From: Octopus bimaculoides
Taxonomy: Eukaryota
DNA: 64,000 nucleotides
Reading direction: 5' to 3'
NCBI RefSeq assembly: GCF_001194135.2
Contig: NC_068982.1
Span: 13,471,927 to 13,535,926 of the forward strand
In this document: positions 12,255 to 25,288 of the stretch, piece after piece
Layout of the letters: the number at the start of each line of letters is the position of its first letter
How positions within the stretch are numbered: position 1 is the stretch's first letter
Translations under genes and position numbers: made by a program
The notes under the pieces: generated by a model
Database searches by the model: none
Seen by the model: only the letters and a program-made list of their open reading frames with translations
Told to the model about the DNA's origin: nothing

Positions 12255-12256
<2 letters not shown>
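11907..12256 (-). mobile_element. full-length Meta-type tRNA-SINE (family B)
   Basis: Minus-strand A box TGGCTCAGTGG, B box GTTCGATTCC, core TGTTCTTGAGCAAGACAC; homologue at 25505-25842. Confidence 0.8.
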
Positions 12257-12297
<41 letters not shown>

Positions 12298-12314
12298 TGA
12301 TGATGATGATGATG

Positions 12315-12346
<32 letters not shown>

Positions 12347-12393
12347 GATAATAATAATAATGATGATGATGATGATGATAATAATAATAATGA
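12257..12393. repeat. (AAT)n/(GAT)n compound microsatellite
   Basis: Visible trinucleotide runs. Confidence 0.95.
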
Positions 12394-12742
12394 TCCTTTC
12401 TACTAAAGGCACATGGCCTGAAATTTTGGGGGAAGGGCATAATCGATTACATCGACCCCCGTGAAACACTGGTACTTAATTTATCAACCCCAAAATGATA
12501 AAAGACAAAGTTGACCTCAGTGGAATTTGAACTCAGAACGTAGCTCGTGGTACTGGAATAATAACAAGGATGTTGTTCTGGTTGCTGCTATCATGATCAT
12601 CATCACTATAATCGTTATAATATGAATCATTTCGAATTTTGACAGAAGGCCAGCAATTTTGGGGGGAGGGGGCAAGACGATTACATTGACAAACCCCACC
12701 CCCAATTGCTCAAATGGTACTTGTTTCATCGACCCTGAAAAG
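12394..12742 (-). mobile_element. two Nin/Deu SINE fragments
   Basis: Family C core and tail motifs. Confidence 0.7.
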
Positions 12743-12955
12743 GAAGAAAGAAAAGTTGACAGATATGACAGGTTAACTTGGGAAGTTAAGCAGTTGTGGT
12801 TGATGAGAAAGGCAGTAGTAGTACCAATAATTGTCGGAGCCCTGGGAACAGTGAGCAAAAATCTTGAGAAGTACGTGGAACAAATATGGGCTGCAATAAG
12901 GGTGGAGCATTTGGAGAAAGCAGCAGTGCTTGGAACCACTTGAATACTCCAGAAG
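12742..12955 (+). mobile_element. R4/Dong-like LINE endonuclease fragment
   Basis: KEERKVDRYDRLTWEVKQLW...VVPIIVGALGTVSKNL...LGTT; homologous to 2075-2285. Confidence 0.85.
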
Positions 12956-15900
12956 CATAGTTTGGGAAGCAGACTTCTTACCACACTGTCATTGGATTTT
13001 TATGTTCATTTTCCCTCAAGGTGAAACTATTAAGATTAATATATTGGGGACCATAAGTTTGCGTTCTGTAGCCAAAAGATCCTTTGGCCAGTTAAAAGAA
13101 CTGATATTTATACTCCAGGTGATTTATTCATAAAGTAAACATTCCCCAAGAAACCAACAGCATAATCCTTGCTAGGTTGTTGTCATGTGCCCCAGTTTCA
13201 CAAAATTATTTAATCACTTGTATTTTTCACATTAATGTAATCAACAAGATAGAAGAATACCACATGTAATGTCTCCACATGCCAGCACTTCAGTCTCCAT
13301 TTGTAGATTTTGTAATTTATACTTTGCTTATAACATAGAGAAAATAAGAAATATTCAAGTGTGCTTAGTTGAAGAAAGAAATTGATAGGCAAGCAAATGG
13401 CTTGTCAAAATGTTTCCAAATATTTTTGATATAGATATTATATTACTGTATTTTTTTTTAATACATAAATATAAACAGAATTTTTGGTTTAGAAAATGAA
13501 ATTTATTATCTCTTCTCCTTACCATTTAAATCTCATAATAGCATGGCATATTTTTATTGTCATCCTGGCATTTGTAATTTATAGAGCTACCTTTATTTCT
13601 TAGCAATCCAAGCTTGGATATGTTCAATCTTTTTTTTTTTTTTTATCAACATCAGATACATATGCTGTGAGATATATCCTTGAAAATATTGTCATATTAA
13701 CTGTGACAGATATATTTTAAATTTTAAGGAAAATTAAATTTTTCTAAAAGTGGATTTAATTTTTAAAAAGTTCTCATGATTTTCACCACTCTGTAAAATT
13801 GATGTTTTTTTTTTTTTTCTTGAAGCTCAACTATATTTTTATCTTAGCAATTTCAACAAGGATATACTTTTCTGATGTCTCTTATCCATTATTTTTGATT
13901 ACTAGAAGCAATGACATGTCATAACCATACTATCTCTTTGTTATCAAAATACTTAAAGAAGCACTGAAGACCATCAAGGTAGATATTGTGTATAATGTCA
14001 TAAGTGTCTATCAAATCTCAATACCTTTAAAAATAAAAGGTATTTTTCTTTAGAGGAATATTCAGGTGGAGTTGTAGCAACATAAATAGCTAATGCATTA
14101 TATTTGTATCTTCAATATAACTGTTCTCTCTGAAATCTCTATAGAATGTAGTTTCCTAGTGAGCATAATCTTATATTGTATGATCTAATTTACAGGATGT
14201 TCGTCCTGTAATTATGGTATTTCATCATAATGATAGTATTATGAATGGATCACTGCCAATAATACATTCAGTTTTTTTTTTATTATTATTTTTGGTCCTT
14301 TTTCGATTTTCACTAGCCAGTTTTTCATTCTAGGAATCAAAGGAATGGTCGTTTTTATGACATGGTTTCACACATTACAAAAGCTTCTTTTAATGTTTTC
14401 TGTGGCAAATATTTTCTACTGTAATGTTCTGTTGCATTTAACTATCATGACAAAATAGTATATTAACAAGCTTCATTGAAAAGCATCAGGGAATTTCCTT
14501 TCTGCATGAAGATTCATGTTCAGTAACAGAATCAAATCAACATATTTCATATGTCCTCACAATTTGTTGTATGAGAAACTACATTCTTCTTACTGATCAG
14601 AATGCATCTAAAAATTGAGGGGTTTTTTTTTCCTTTATAAATATGGGAAATTGTATTAAAGATTTTAGCTTTCATTCTTTCATTCAATATTCAGGTTATA
14701 TTTGGATGTTTCATAAAATATCATTAGATGGTTTTTACCATATTATGGTATAATCCAAACAAGAGGACATTTGCATTTATGACATTTCAGTGTTATTGAA
14801 TGTATGCCTTTAATGCTGGATCAGAAATAACTGTTTGTATATTTTAACAAATCTTTTATAAACATTTCAACTATCACTTTTCTGGTGAATTCTAGGATAA
14901 TCAGTCAGTTTAAAGTGATAACAATTATGGTACTATAGTCGTTTACCTTAAAAATTTAAACTGGGTAATGAAACAAAAATATGTAAAGAATGACATAAGT
15001 AGCAAACTTCATCAAAATGCTGAATCCATTTTCATAAGGCTTCATGTCATCCTCATTCCAGGAAATGAAAATTCTCTGACTCCTCAATCTATGGATTAAT
15101 AAAGCTTTCTTCAGATATCTCCAAAATAATGAAAGCCTTTGTCAACACACACATTGCATTCATATTCCTCTGCTATCACCATCATTAAAAATTTAAGAAT
15201 CAAAATTTATTTGTAATCCACTTTTATAACCACATTTAAAAATATCTTTGGAAATGAAGATAAGATCGCAACAAAACCATATAACTTCAGATTTACTTCC
15301 CCTACTTATATCTTCTATATCTAATAAAATAAGGATAATATTTGTCGTTATGTTTAGCTATGAAATGATAGGCCACACGTTGATTTGAATCAATTTATCT
15401 TCACTAATGTTGGATATTTTTCTGATTAGTAATTTACCACGGAGTTATGTGCTCTAATTTCTCAGATGAGGGATCCGTGTGTGTGTTTACATTCTTTCAA
15501 CATAGCATAGACATCAAGCCAGTTGAGGACATCTCAGATAATACATACATTATCTGAGAATAAAATGGGAGAGTTATGGTTGAAACGTTTTGATTATAAG
15601 TATGCTTGACTTCGTCAAAGATGGCATGGGCTAAACAATAAAGGACACAGACATCCCATGTTGATTTAGGTATGCTTACAAGTGAAAGAGTCCATGTACA
15701 CCTTCCAGTTTATATGATAAACAAACATTTAGTTGTCAATAACAATATCTGTCAAAATCCAACATTTTCCATTCAATAGATTACTTTATCTTTGACTGTA
15801 AGATAAATTAGTTTTAAGCAATCAAACCAGATATTGAACTCACACCCAAACCCAAACCTCAAAATACATGTACAGCATTTCACAACATAACATCAAAAAG

Positions 15901-17496
15901 TTTGTCTAAAGCAGAATAGCAAAGAAATTGTATTGGAAAATAGTGAAACAACAATTTAATGAAAAAATATCTCGATAATCTCTTTGAGATTGAGGAAACA
16001 AGATCTATAAATCTTTCAGATGTTTTTGAAAGATATTTTTTCAAGTAACCTCCATCTTGAAATCAAAACTGAACAGGTTCTGATGTAGAAATAAAAGGCT
16101 CAGAAGCTTTTAATATTGTATTTGCCTCCAGAAATTCTAGAGAATGGAGCTTTTAAAATCAATATTATTCAAAAGGTAGCTCGAATATTCAAATAAAGAT
16201 TTATAAATACTGTATTTACATCTTAAAAGGGTTTTCTGAAACTAATATATCATTTATAACGAAGATCTTTAGAAAACTGTTTATTTACTTCCAGAGTGAC
16301 AGTAATTAATTGGCTTAATTATATCAGTCTAATGATGGATTAGCTGATAGACATGGCATAACAAGGCTAATACAACTTTTCAGACAACTATGTTGTGTTT
16401 TTAGTTATTCATTGAGACATATCTGTTTCATATAACATTGAATAGTAAGGAGTGGGGAGCCTAAAACGGAGATGTGATATTGATAGTGAAAGAGCAAAAC
16501 CTAAGGCTGAGATATTGACTTTTGTGTTACAATAATAGAAGGTTAAAAACAAATAAGACTGTTCAAAAAGACATTTGTTAATGAAAAAACTCTCAAGCAA
16601 AACAACAAATATTTTATTTTTTCACTAGAAATGCATAGGTCACAACCAATTTGAGATGTTGGCACATTGAACTTGGAAGGCAGTACAATGTTGGGATTAG
16701 AAAAGATGTAATGAATTAAGTGTCTAAATGTCTGAGAAGAGTTATTATGAATTCTGATATCGTTTTTGATTAGTAACCTCATCATTGGAAAATTGGAAAG
16801 GAAATGTTTCTTTTTTTTTTTTTTTTTTTTTTTTGTTAATATGTACATATTGAGAAATACATGATCTGATAACGATTGGAAATGTAAAATAAATGCAAAT
16901 ATAGGGGAAAATAATTCAGCTCTAAAGTCACGGTTAATTATCTGAAAATGTATAATTGCATGATAAATTAAATTAAATGATAGACTGACAGAATTATTAA
17001 ACTATTGGATGAAATAATTAGGATATTTAGCTTTGGCCCTTTATGTTCTCATTCACTAATGTGAGCTCTACATTTGATCTTTGCAGGGCTGATAAAATAA
17101 AGTAGCAATCAAGTACTGAGGTTGATTCATATAACGCATCATAGATATGAATGGCGTTATAATAGAAGACAACTTTTTAAAAGCAATAATTAAACAAGCT
17201 GATATTAGAGATATTTCAGATGGCTCAAGAGAAATGAGTATAAATATGTTTCAGATTAATGACATAGAAAGGCACGTATAAAGTTATCGGCATTTATGAA
17301 TATAGATATGATAGCTTGAGATAAAAAGGAAAAAAGAAAGGAAAAAAAGCAAACAAATAGATAGAATGTTGTGTGGAAGTCTTGTTTACAGCTTGGTTTA
17401 ATTGGTTACTATCAGAAATACTCATCTGCAATTGTTAAGAAATCAATACAACTGGAGTCAGACTTAATATGTATGGATAACCATACATAACAATGA

Positions 17497-17538
<42 letters not shown>

Positions 17539-18234
17539 TGATGTCTCATACAGAGTTGAATTCATATGCACAAATAATTGAATCATAAATATTTTCATAT
17601 TCCCAGAAGTTAGAAGAATATTACTTTGGTACTCACACACACAAACACACACGCACACAAATACATATAACACACACTCACACACACACACACACACACA
17701 AATACATATAACACACACATATCCTTGTTTGCTCATATACCTTTATATGCATACACATGGTGGTATATGAAAAACTGCTGCCAGCTCATTATCTCGTATG
17801 TTTAGTTATGTGCAAAATTTGTAGATGATATGTAGGTCTGAAATATTAAATTCTGTAAGTGATATCTATAATAACGTTTCTCTCCAGTACTTTCTCATCA
17901 CTTCAGGGCCTTGGATTGGAAACAAAATTGCACACACAATAGCTAAAGAGGAATATAATTAGAAACGGATCCGTAAAGCAATGCAATCAATTGATTACAG
18001 AGCTTTCTTTACATAAAAGGTTTCTTAAGTGCTTGTCAACTAGTACTGTCAAACAATTTAAAACTGACAAGCATTATTTAGAAATTCTACAGAAGATGAG
18101 ATGATATTCTTGCTGTGTAGATCTTGAGTTTGTTTCAGTTATCACTGATAAAGCCATGCTAGTGCACAGTGAAAGATTCACTATGAATCAACGAATAATA
18201 TATTGAAACCATCGCTTTTATGTGTATAAAGAAG

Positions 18235-18850
18235 TGCTGAGCTCTAATTGTGGAGGGAACCTTTGGAAGGAATAGACCCAGGAAGTGNNNNNNNNNNNNN
18301 NNNNNNNNNNNNNNNNNNNNNNNNNNNNNNNNNNNNNNNNNNNNNNNNNNNNNNNNNNNNNNNNNNNNNNNNNNNNNNNNNNNNNNNNNNNNNNNNNNNN
18401 NNNNNNNNNTGCTGAGCTCTAATTGTGGAGGGAACCTTTGGAAGGAATAGACCCAGGAAGTGGTGAAAAAGGATCTTTGCATGTTGAGCCTCACTAAGGA
18501 AATGACAAGGGATCAAGAGTTGTAGTCATTTGCTGTACTTGAGGAGATACATGAAGCCAAGTAAAATCACAGGCACTCATACATAGAGGCTTGTCCTTTA
18601 CAGAAGCCGGTGCCACATAAAATGCATTCATTCCAGTGGCATGTAAAATGTATCCAGAACACTCTGTAAAGTGGTTGGCATTAGGGAAGAGTATGCAGCC
18701 ATAGAAATCATATCGCAAGAGACAATTGGAGTCTGGAGAGAGCTTCCTGGTTGGCCAGTTCCTGTCAAACCATCCAACCTATGCCAGCATGGAAAGTGGA
18801 CGTTAAACAGCGAAGATGATGATGATGATGATGATGATGACGATGATGAC
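18235..18850 (+). mobile_element. RTE LINE 3' portion (older subfamily)
   Basis: VEGTFGRNRPRKW-like end of ORF, tail GCATGGAAAGTGGACGTTAAAC(GAT)n. Confidence 0.7.
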
Positions 18851-18954
18851 GATGGTGATGGGATGATGATGTTTATGTAACAGATCAGTACATATAATTG
18901 TGTATTTGTTTGTATGTAAGTCCTGTTTCATTCACTGAAAATATTTTACTTCAT

Positions 18955-19295
18955 CAAACTAATGGCCTGCCTCTCTATCAGTTGCAATGATGTGTGTTCC
19001 ATTTGATCTGATCAATAAATAGAACAGCTTGCTCATGAAATTAATGTGCAAGTGGCTGAGTATTCCACAGACACACATACGCTTAAAGTAATTCACAGGG
19101 CGATTCAGCATGACACAGAATGTAACAAAGTTGGCCCCTTTGAATTACAGGTGCTACTCCTTTTTGCCAGTTGAGTGGACTGGAGCAACATGAAATAAAG
19201 TGTCTTGCTCAAGGACAGAACACACCAGTGAGAACTGAACTGACAACCTTTTGATCACAAGCAAACATCCTAGCCACTAAGCCACATGCCCTCAT
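18955..19295 (-). mobile_element. Meta-type tRNA-SINE variant
   Basis: GTGTCTTGCTCAAGGAC core and AGCCACTAAGCCACATG head in reverse. Confidence 0.65.
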
Positions 19296-19544
19296 GGCTA
19301 AAGCTTAAAGTGAAATAAATTAAGCAATGCCCATAAAAAAAATGAAGTCTGAAAATTTCACTGTATTTAGATTAAACGTTATGGTAAGCTTTCACAATCT
19401 GGAAGAGAAAGACAGTAGGCAACAGTTAGCCACGGGTGTCAACTACCTACTGTTCAGTCAGACGCTTGCTGGCCAGTTCATGTCCAAACAAATAGGAGCA
19501 GTAAAGATTGTTTGCCAACGTAGCATGGCAGTCCTGGTTTCGGA

Positions 19545-19587
19545 CTGTGTATCACGATTTCTGGATTATTTCCCTTCATCAGCACAG
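19545..19587 (-). ncRNA. minimal type I hammerhead-like motif with intact core and stem I
   Basis: Minus: CTGTG CTGATGA AG GGA-aataa-TCC A GAAA TCGTGA TA CACAG; stem I is a perfect 5 bp. Confidence 0.7.
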
Positions 19588-19671
19588 AATAATTCTTTGG
19601 CTAGAAGTGGCACTGCCAAATTCCCGTTTGAAATATATAATTTTCAAAGTGACAACTAGTCACTGATTTAT

Positions 19672-19951
19672 AAATTAGAAAATTACTATTTTTAAATCTC
19701 ACAATGAGAGATATTCGGCAACAGATATTGTTTTGAGCTGAGTGGGAGAGCTAGATTCCCTTGTTCAAAAACATAAGGACACAGATCATGTCGTATAGCC
19801 AGCTGGAGACGATGTCTCCTGGTGTTAAATTACAGCAACATTAGTCCTAAACCATGACTGCCATGTTATGTTGGCAAACAATTTTTACGACAAAGTACAG
19901 TTGCTGAATATCTCGCGTTGTAAGATTTAAAAATAGTAATTTTCTAAATAA
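19672..19951. mobile_element. MITE with about 50-bp TIRs
   Basis: TTAGAAAATTACTATTTTTAAATCTCACAATGAGAGATATTCGGCAAC versus its reverse complement at 19900-19951. Confidence 0.65.
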
Positions 19952-20339
19952 GAGCAGGGGTATATATATATTTTCTAAATATATACCAGGGGTTTTAAAA
20001 GCAGCAATTGTTTATAGACTGAATGCGGTGATTAAAATCAAACCAACCTCTCTAAACTGTTTTGAAGTTTTCATCCAGAAATGAGTCACTTGATGTTTCC
20101 TGTCATGAAAAATGGTTAAATACTACTCTTATTGAAAAATTAATAAATTATTGTCTAACTCGGGCAATTTTAATGTTTTTTAATGAAAGTCTTGGATAAC
20201 ATCAGCTTTTAAGAGTATGTGAAATATACAAATAAACATCTGATAAATTTACCTAAAAATTTGCAAATATTTTTTTTTTTTTTTCCGTTTTATATTTCTT
20301 CCTGAACCAATTGTCAATGCAGGACAGCGTCTTTTATGA

Positions 20340-20885
20340 GAAATTCTCATGCCAGTGTCATGATCATAATCATGGTCATCATCATCATCAGCAACAGCAG
20401 CATCACCATCATCACTGTCATCATTGTCATCGTTATCATCATCGTCGTCGTCGTCATCATTTTAATGCACACTTTTCTATGCTTGCATCAGTCAGTCGAA
20501 ACTTGTTGAGGCAGATTCTCTACAGCCAAATGCTCTTCCTGTTGCCAATTGTCAGCTGTTTCAAAAGAAGGTAATACTGGTTTCAAATTTTGGCCCAAGA
20601 CCAACAATTTCAGGGGAGGGATAAGTCAATTACATCAACCCCAGTACACAACTGGTACTTATTTTATCAACCCCACCAAATGGGATGAAAGGCAAAGTCA
20701 ACCCTGCTGGAATTTGAACACGGAATGTAAAGACTGACAAACTATCGCTTAGCATTTTGCCCAGCATTCTAATGATTCAGCCAGTTTGCTGCCTTGAGGC
20801 AAGCAAATATTTCAGCATAGTCTGACATGTTTTCCATGGGAGACAGGAAACAAATGATGATCGTTTGCCACTATCATAGGATGCC
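20340..20885. mobile_element. RTE-tail fragments flanking a Nin/Deu SINE (20590-20795, minus)
   Basis: (CAT)n tail motif and Nin core motifs. Confidence 0.6.
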
Positions 20886-21639
20886 AAGACAAGAGTACAC
20901 ACATTGCATGCATGCACACACACACACACACACACATGTATGCATGCACAGACACATGCATGCCTGCACACACACACATGCACATACAAGTACACACACA
21001 CAAACATGCATATACATATCTATCTGTGTGTGTGTGTGTTCGTCTGTATGTATGTATGTCTGTATTTATGCATGTATGTATGTGTATGACAGGCTTCTTT
21101 CAGTTTCCTCGACCAAAACATGACTCACAAGGCTTTGGCCAGCCCACACTTTGAAATAATCTGTTGATCTCATGCCACAAATTTCAAAGCTAAAAATAAC
21201 ATCAAGAGAAATCTATTCTATGATATCAGAAATTATAAACACCATTTTGGCAAAGAGAGAACCGCACATGAGATTGAGGTTACATATCGGTCAATTAATG
21301 AATAACTGCATTGGTCATTTTACTAATGACTGCCTTTCATTCTGTCTTCCCAAATTAGATGTTAAATTATTGTTTCTGCTATTTTAGCTATACTATTTTA
21401 TCTCCACTAAATAACTTTCCAGTTATTTACCTCTTGCATAAACTAACACTCTGTTTCTTTATTGTGTTCACTCACCAAAACCATGGCAAAGTCTCCATGA
21501 CGGAATATGTGCTATTGACAGAATGGTTAAAAAAATCTATAACCTTAACCGGTATTATATTTGATAGAAGTTTCTTTGTACGAGCATTGTTATCTGAAAA
21601 ACATTCTCAGCTTATGCAAGTGATGATGGAGCCATGTAT

Positions 21640-21850
21640 AAAAGCACTGGTGCCACATTCAAAGCCCTTAGTACACTCTGTAAAATGGTTGGCATTAGGA
21701 AAAACATCCAGCCATAGAAACAATGCCAAAACAGACAATGGAACCCGGTGCAGCTCATGACTTTGTGAGTTCCTGCCAAACCATCCAACCCATGCCAGCA
21801 TGGAAAACGGCCGTTAAATAATTATAAGGATGATGATGACGAATGTGGTA
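21640..21850 (+). mobile_element. RTE-tailed element 3' fragment
   Basis: CCATCCAACCCATGCCAGCATGGAAAACGGCCGTTAAA tail. Confidence 0.65.
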
Positions 21851-22558
21851 GTGGTGCTGGTGGTAGTAGTGGTGGTGGTGGTAGTAGTGGTGGTGGTGAT
21901 TTAACAGTTATTTGTATATTATACACTCAAATTAATCATATTCTGTTCATTTTTCTAAAGTTATCAACTTGCATATGACTTCATTGTTCTGTGTCACAGC
22001 TATATGGCATGATGCTTCTGTTACATGTCACAATAAATATCTATCAATCGAAGAAATATCTACAGGCATAAACAATGAATATAGAAATTAAATTCTCTTT
22101 TTAAGCCGTATTGTTATAGCCTAGTTAACGACTAGTGTTTCAAAAAAATAATTGAATGAAGACAAAGTGGTTTTGATTTGAAGCAAGTTGACTATGCCAT
22201 AGAAAAACAATGTGGAATATTATATTGAATCTTTTAAGCTTTATCATGAGTTATGAGAGATAAAAGGAAACTGAGGTACAATGTTTGAGCATCATGTGTC
22301 TGTAAGTAAATTTGTTTTAATTTTGGTGCAATTATCTGAAGAGAAAGGATTTAGATGAGAACAGAGTAAATTTCAGCAATTTGATCAAATAACACTAAAA
22401 GTAAAATCAGTGAATGGAAGTGAAGATGTCAGAATAAATTCACCTAAACTGAATTTGACAAAATAGTTTGATGGATGGCAAAGAAATAGAGACAGTAATT
22501 TGCTTGGTTTAAACTTAAACACTCCAAGCCATTCTTATGATGATTAATACCTACAGAG

Positions 22559-23018
22559 CAGAGGTTCTCAACCATTTTTCATCTATGGACCCCTTTGATT
22601 ACTATTTTATTCTGGTGGACTCCCATAGACATTCGACATTTAAAAACTAACTTTATTGAAACTTCTTCCAAAATTCTTTTTCTTTTTTTTTTCACACATT
22701 AACTGAGTTTGTTGAACTATGTAAAATATTAGGAAAAGGAAGCAAGCTGTTTCTTGCAATGCATGCCAATACATCAGGGGCGTGTTACCTAGGTAGGCAA
22801 GGTAGGCAGTGCCTACCTTGAATAAAATAGATCAATAGCTATATTTTCCTTTTATGGCAAAATATGCGCCTAATTCAATAAAGAGAATATTCTGTGTTAC
22901 TGACCCATCTCTAAGTATGGTCAATATAAAGATCAAAATTTACTACTTTGTTGTATGGGCCCCCGAAGATCTTACATGGACCTTCAGGGGCTGTATGGAC
23001 CCCTGTTGAGAACCACTG
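22559..23018. mobile_element. hAT (Charlie-like) MITE carrying an internal insert
   Basis: TIRs CAGAGGTTCTCAAC...GTTGAGAACCACTG; 8-bp flanks CTACAGAG/CTGTAGAG; subterminal ATGGACCCC repeats. Confidence 0.75.
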
Positions 23019-23731
23019 CTGTAGAGAAAGCAATAGAAAGAGAAGACATTGAAGGTGTTGATTATGCCTTTTTTAATAAATTAGGGCTCACTCCTCAACA
23101 TTCACAAATCCCAAACACCTCACTCCACCACAAACACGACATATTTTCCAAAAGACTGCTAAGTGTGCCAACCTCAAACCCCTGTTTAAGAGAATATTCT
23201 GTGTTACTGACCCATCTCTAAGTATGGTCAATATAATGATCAAAATTTTACCAAAATCATCCAAACACGTGATGAAATCCTGGTGCTTTGCTGTCACTGA
23301 CATGTTCTAGTTTGTAAGAATTTTATCAAGTCAGTTGAAAACAATTAAGTAATTTCTAATCCTTATATCCCTTAACTAGCCAAATACAAGACACTTGGTT
23401 CCCAAATTTTTTATATGATGAAGTAAATTGTGTTGTCATTGTCAGATTATCTTTGGCACAGAAGGATAATCAATCAAGAAACTACAACAGGACTCTAACT
23501 CATACTCCAGGTCTACCATTAATTCACTTCTACAGAATGAGAGAATGAGACTTGTTAGTGCATATATTACACAAAACAGATGTAACATATAATTCCTCAG
23601 TAGTTACTGTGGCATTTCCTTTCAAATTCCTTTATCGTTTTTGTATTTGATTTGCAAGATTTTTGTGTTGAAACAAATCTAGTGTCTTGGGACGGTCATC
23701 AAACCAATAATAATAATAAAATAAACACATA

Positions 23732-23865
23732 CACTGTATCAATATCACTTCTCTGTTGTTAGTCAGCTGGTTAAGTAACTAACCAACTAACAAACCAATG
23801 ATCAGTTAGTTGGTTAGATATTTAACTAATTGATTTAACAATAAAGAAGTGATGTTAAATCAGTG
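23732..23865. mobile_element. small foldback Tc1-like MITE
   Basis: CACTG...CAGTG ends; nested inverted repeats TATCACTTCTCTGTTGTTA (imperfect) and CTAACCAACTAAC/GTTAGTTGGTTAG. Confidence 0.55.
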
Positions 23866-24569
23866 CATGTATCATTATTATTGGTGTAATGAACCTCTCA
23901 AGATGCAATGACACAGCATCTGATATTTTCCAAATATTTACTTTATGATGCTAAAACTGTTTGAAGGAGGAAATTATGTATTTCTTCATATAAAGAGTTT
24001 TTTCCTCCTTCCAAATAGACACATTTATAATATAATTATGGTACAGCCTACTTATGCATTGTTTACTTGAGTGGAGAATGTGCAACATCAAGTCAGGTCG
24101 TAGGACATATGCAGTTGCTACTTTATGTTTCAAAAGAACATTTTATTTGTAGATTTATTTATAACAAAATCACATAGGCAATGTAAGCCACCAAGAACTA
24201 CATATTAATAGACAGAACCAGGTTGTCAATATTTTAAACACTTCTAGGAATCGATTTAAAGGTATACTAAGTTTTGAAGTGGAGCACTGAAATCAAACAG
24301 CTTTAGATTGATAAGAAATGCATGACTATTTTTGCAGAAGAAGATAGATATATCACGATATTCTCATTAATACCGTTATGACAATTTAATAAACATGACC
24401 AGATTGGACATAATTTCAAAGTATACTGGAAAAATTGGTAAAAGTACATGGCATAAGCACATGACTGTATCTGCACTAGTTGGTTGAAATCAATTTTATG
24501 AGTGTTCCTATTTAATTGATGTGTGGTAAAATCTATAAAATAAGAAGTGTGTATGTGTGTGTGCGTGCA

Positions 24570-24604
<35 letters not shown>

Positions 24605-25288
24605 NNNNNNNNNNNNNNNNNNNNNNNNNNNNNNNNNNNNNNNNNNNNNNNNNNNNNNNNNNNNNNNNNNNNNNNNNNNNNNNNNNNNNNNNNNNNNNNN
24701 NNNNNNNNNNNNNNNNNNNNNNNNNNNNNNNNNNNNNNNNNNNNNNNNNNNNNNNNNNNNNNNNNNNNNNNNNNNNNNNNNNNNNNNNNNNNNNNNNNNN
24801 NNNNNNNNNNNNNNNNNNNNNNNNNNNNNNNNNNNNNNNNNNNNNNNNNNNNNNNNNNNNNNNNNNNNNNNNNNNNNNNNNNNNNNNNNNNNNNNNNNNN
24901 NNNNNNNNNNNNNNNNNNNNNNNNNNNNNNNNNNNNNNNNNNNNNNNNNNNNNNNNNNNNNNNNNNNNNNNNNNNNNNNNNNNNNNNNNNNNNNNNNNNN
25001 NNNNNNNNNNNNNNNNNNNNNNNNNNNNNNNNNNNNNNNNNNNNNNNNNNNNNNNNNNNNNNNNNNNNNNNNNNNNNNNNNNNNNNNNNNNNNNNNNNNN
25101 NNNNNNNNNNNNNNNNNNNNNNNNNNNNNNNNNNNNNNNNNNNNNNNNNNNNNNNNNNNNNNNNNNNNNNNNNNNNNNNNNNNNNNNNNNNNNNNNNNNN
25201 NNNNNNNNNNNNNNNNNNNNNNNNNNNNNNNNNNNNNNNNNNNNNNNNNNNNNNNNNNNNNNNNNNNNNNNNNNNNNNATATATATAT

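Noticed and set aside
15576-15625. Minus-strand TTGACGA...AAAACGTTTC hammerhead resemblance
   Set aside because: C3 and G12 both differ, and stems I and II are largely unpaired.
17943-17980. CTAAAGA...GAAACGGATCCGTA with a perfect 10-bp palindrome
   Set aside because: G5 is mutated, stem II is weak and stem I cannot pair; at best a very old hammerhead fossil, so not counted.
18235-18462. 53-bp perfect direct repeat flanking a gap
   Set aside because: Same assembly artefact: overlapping contig ends.
19327-19659. 110-aa ORF
   Set aside because: It spans a SINE edge and a repeat; no recognisable domain, and the structure is better explained at RNA level on the opposite strand.
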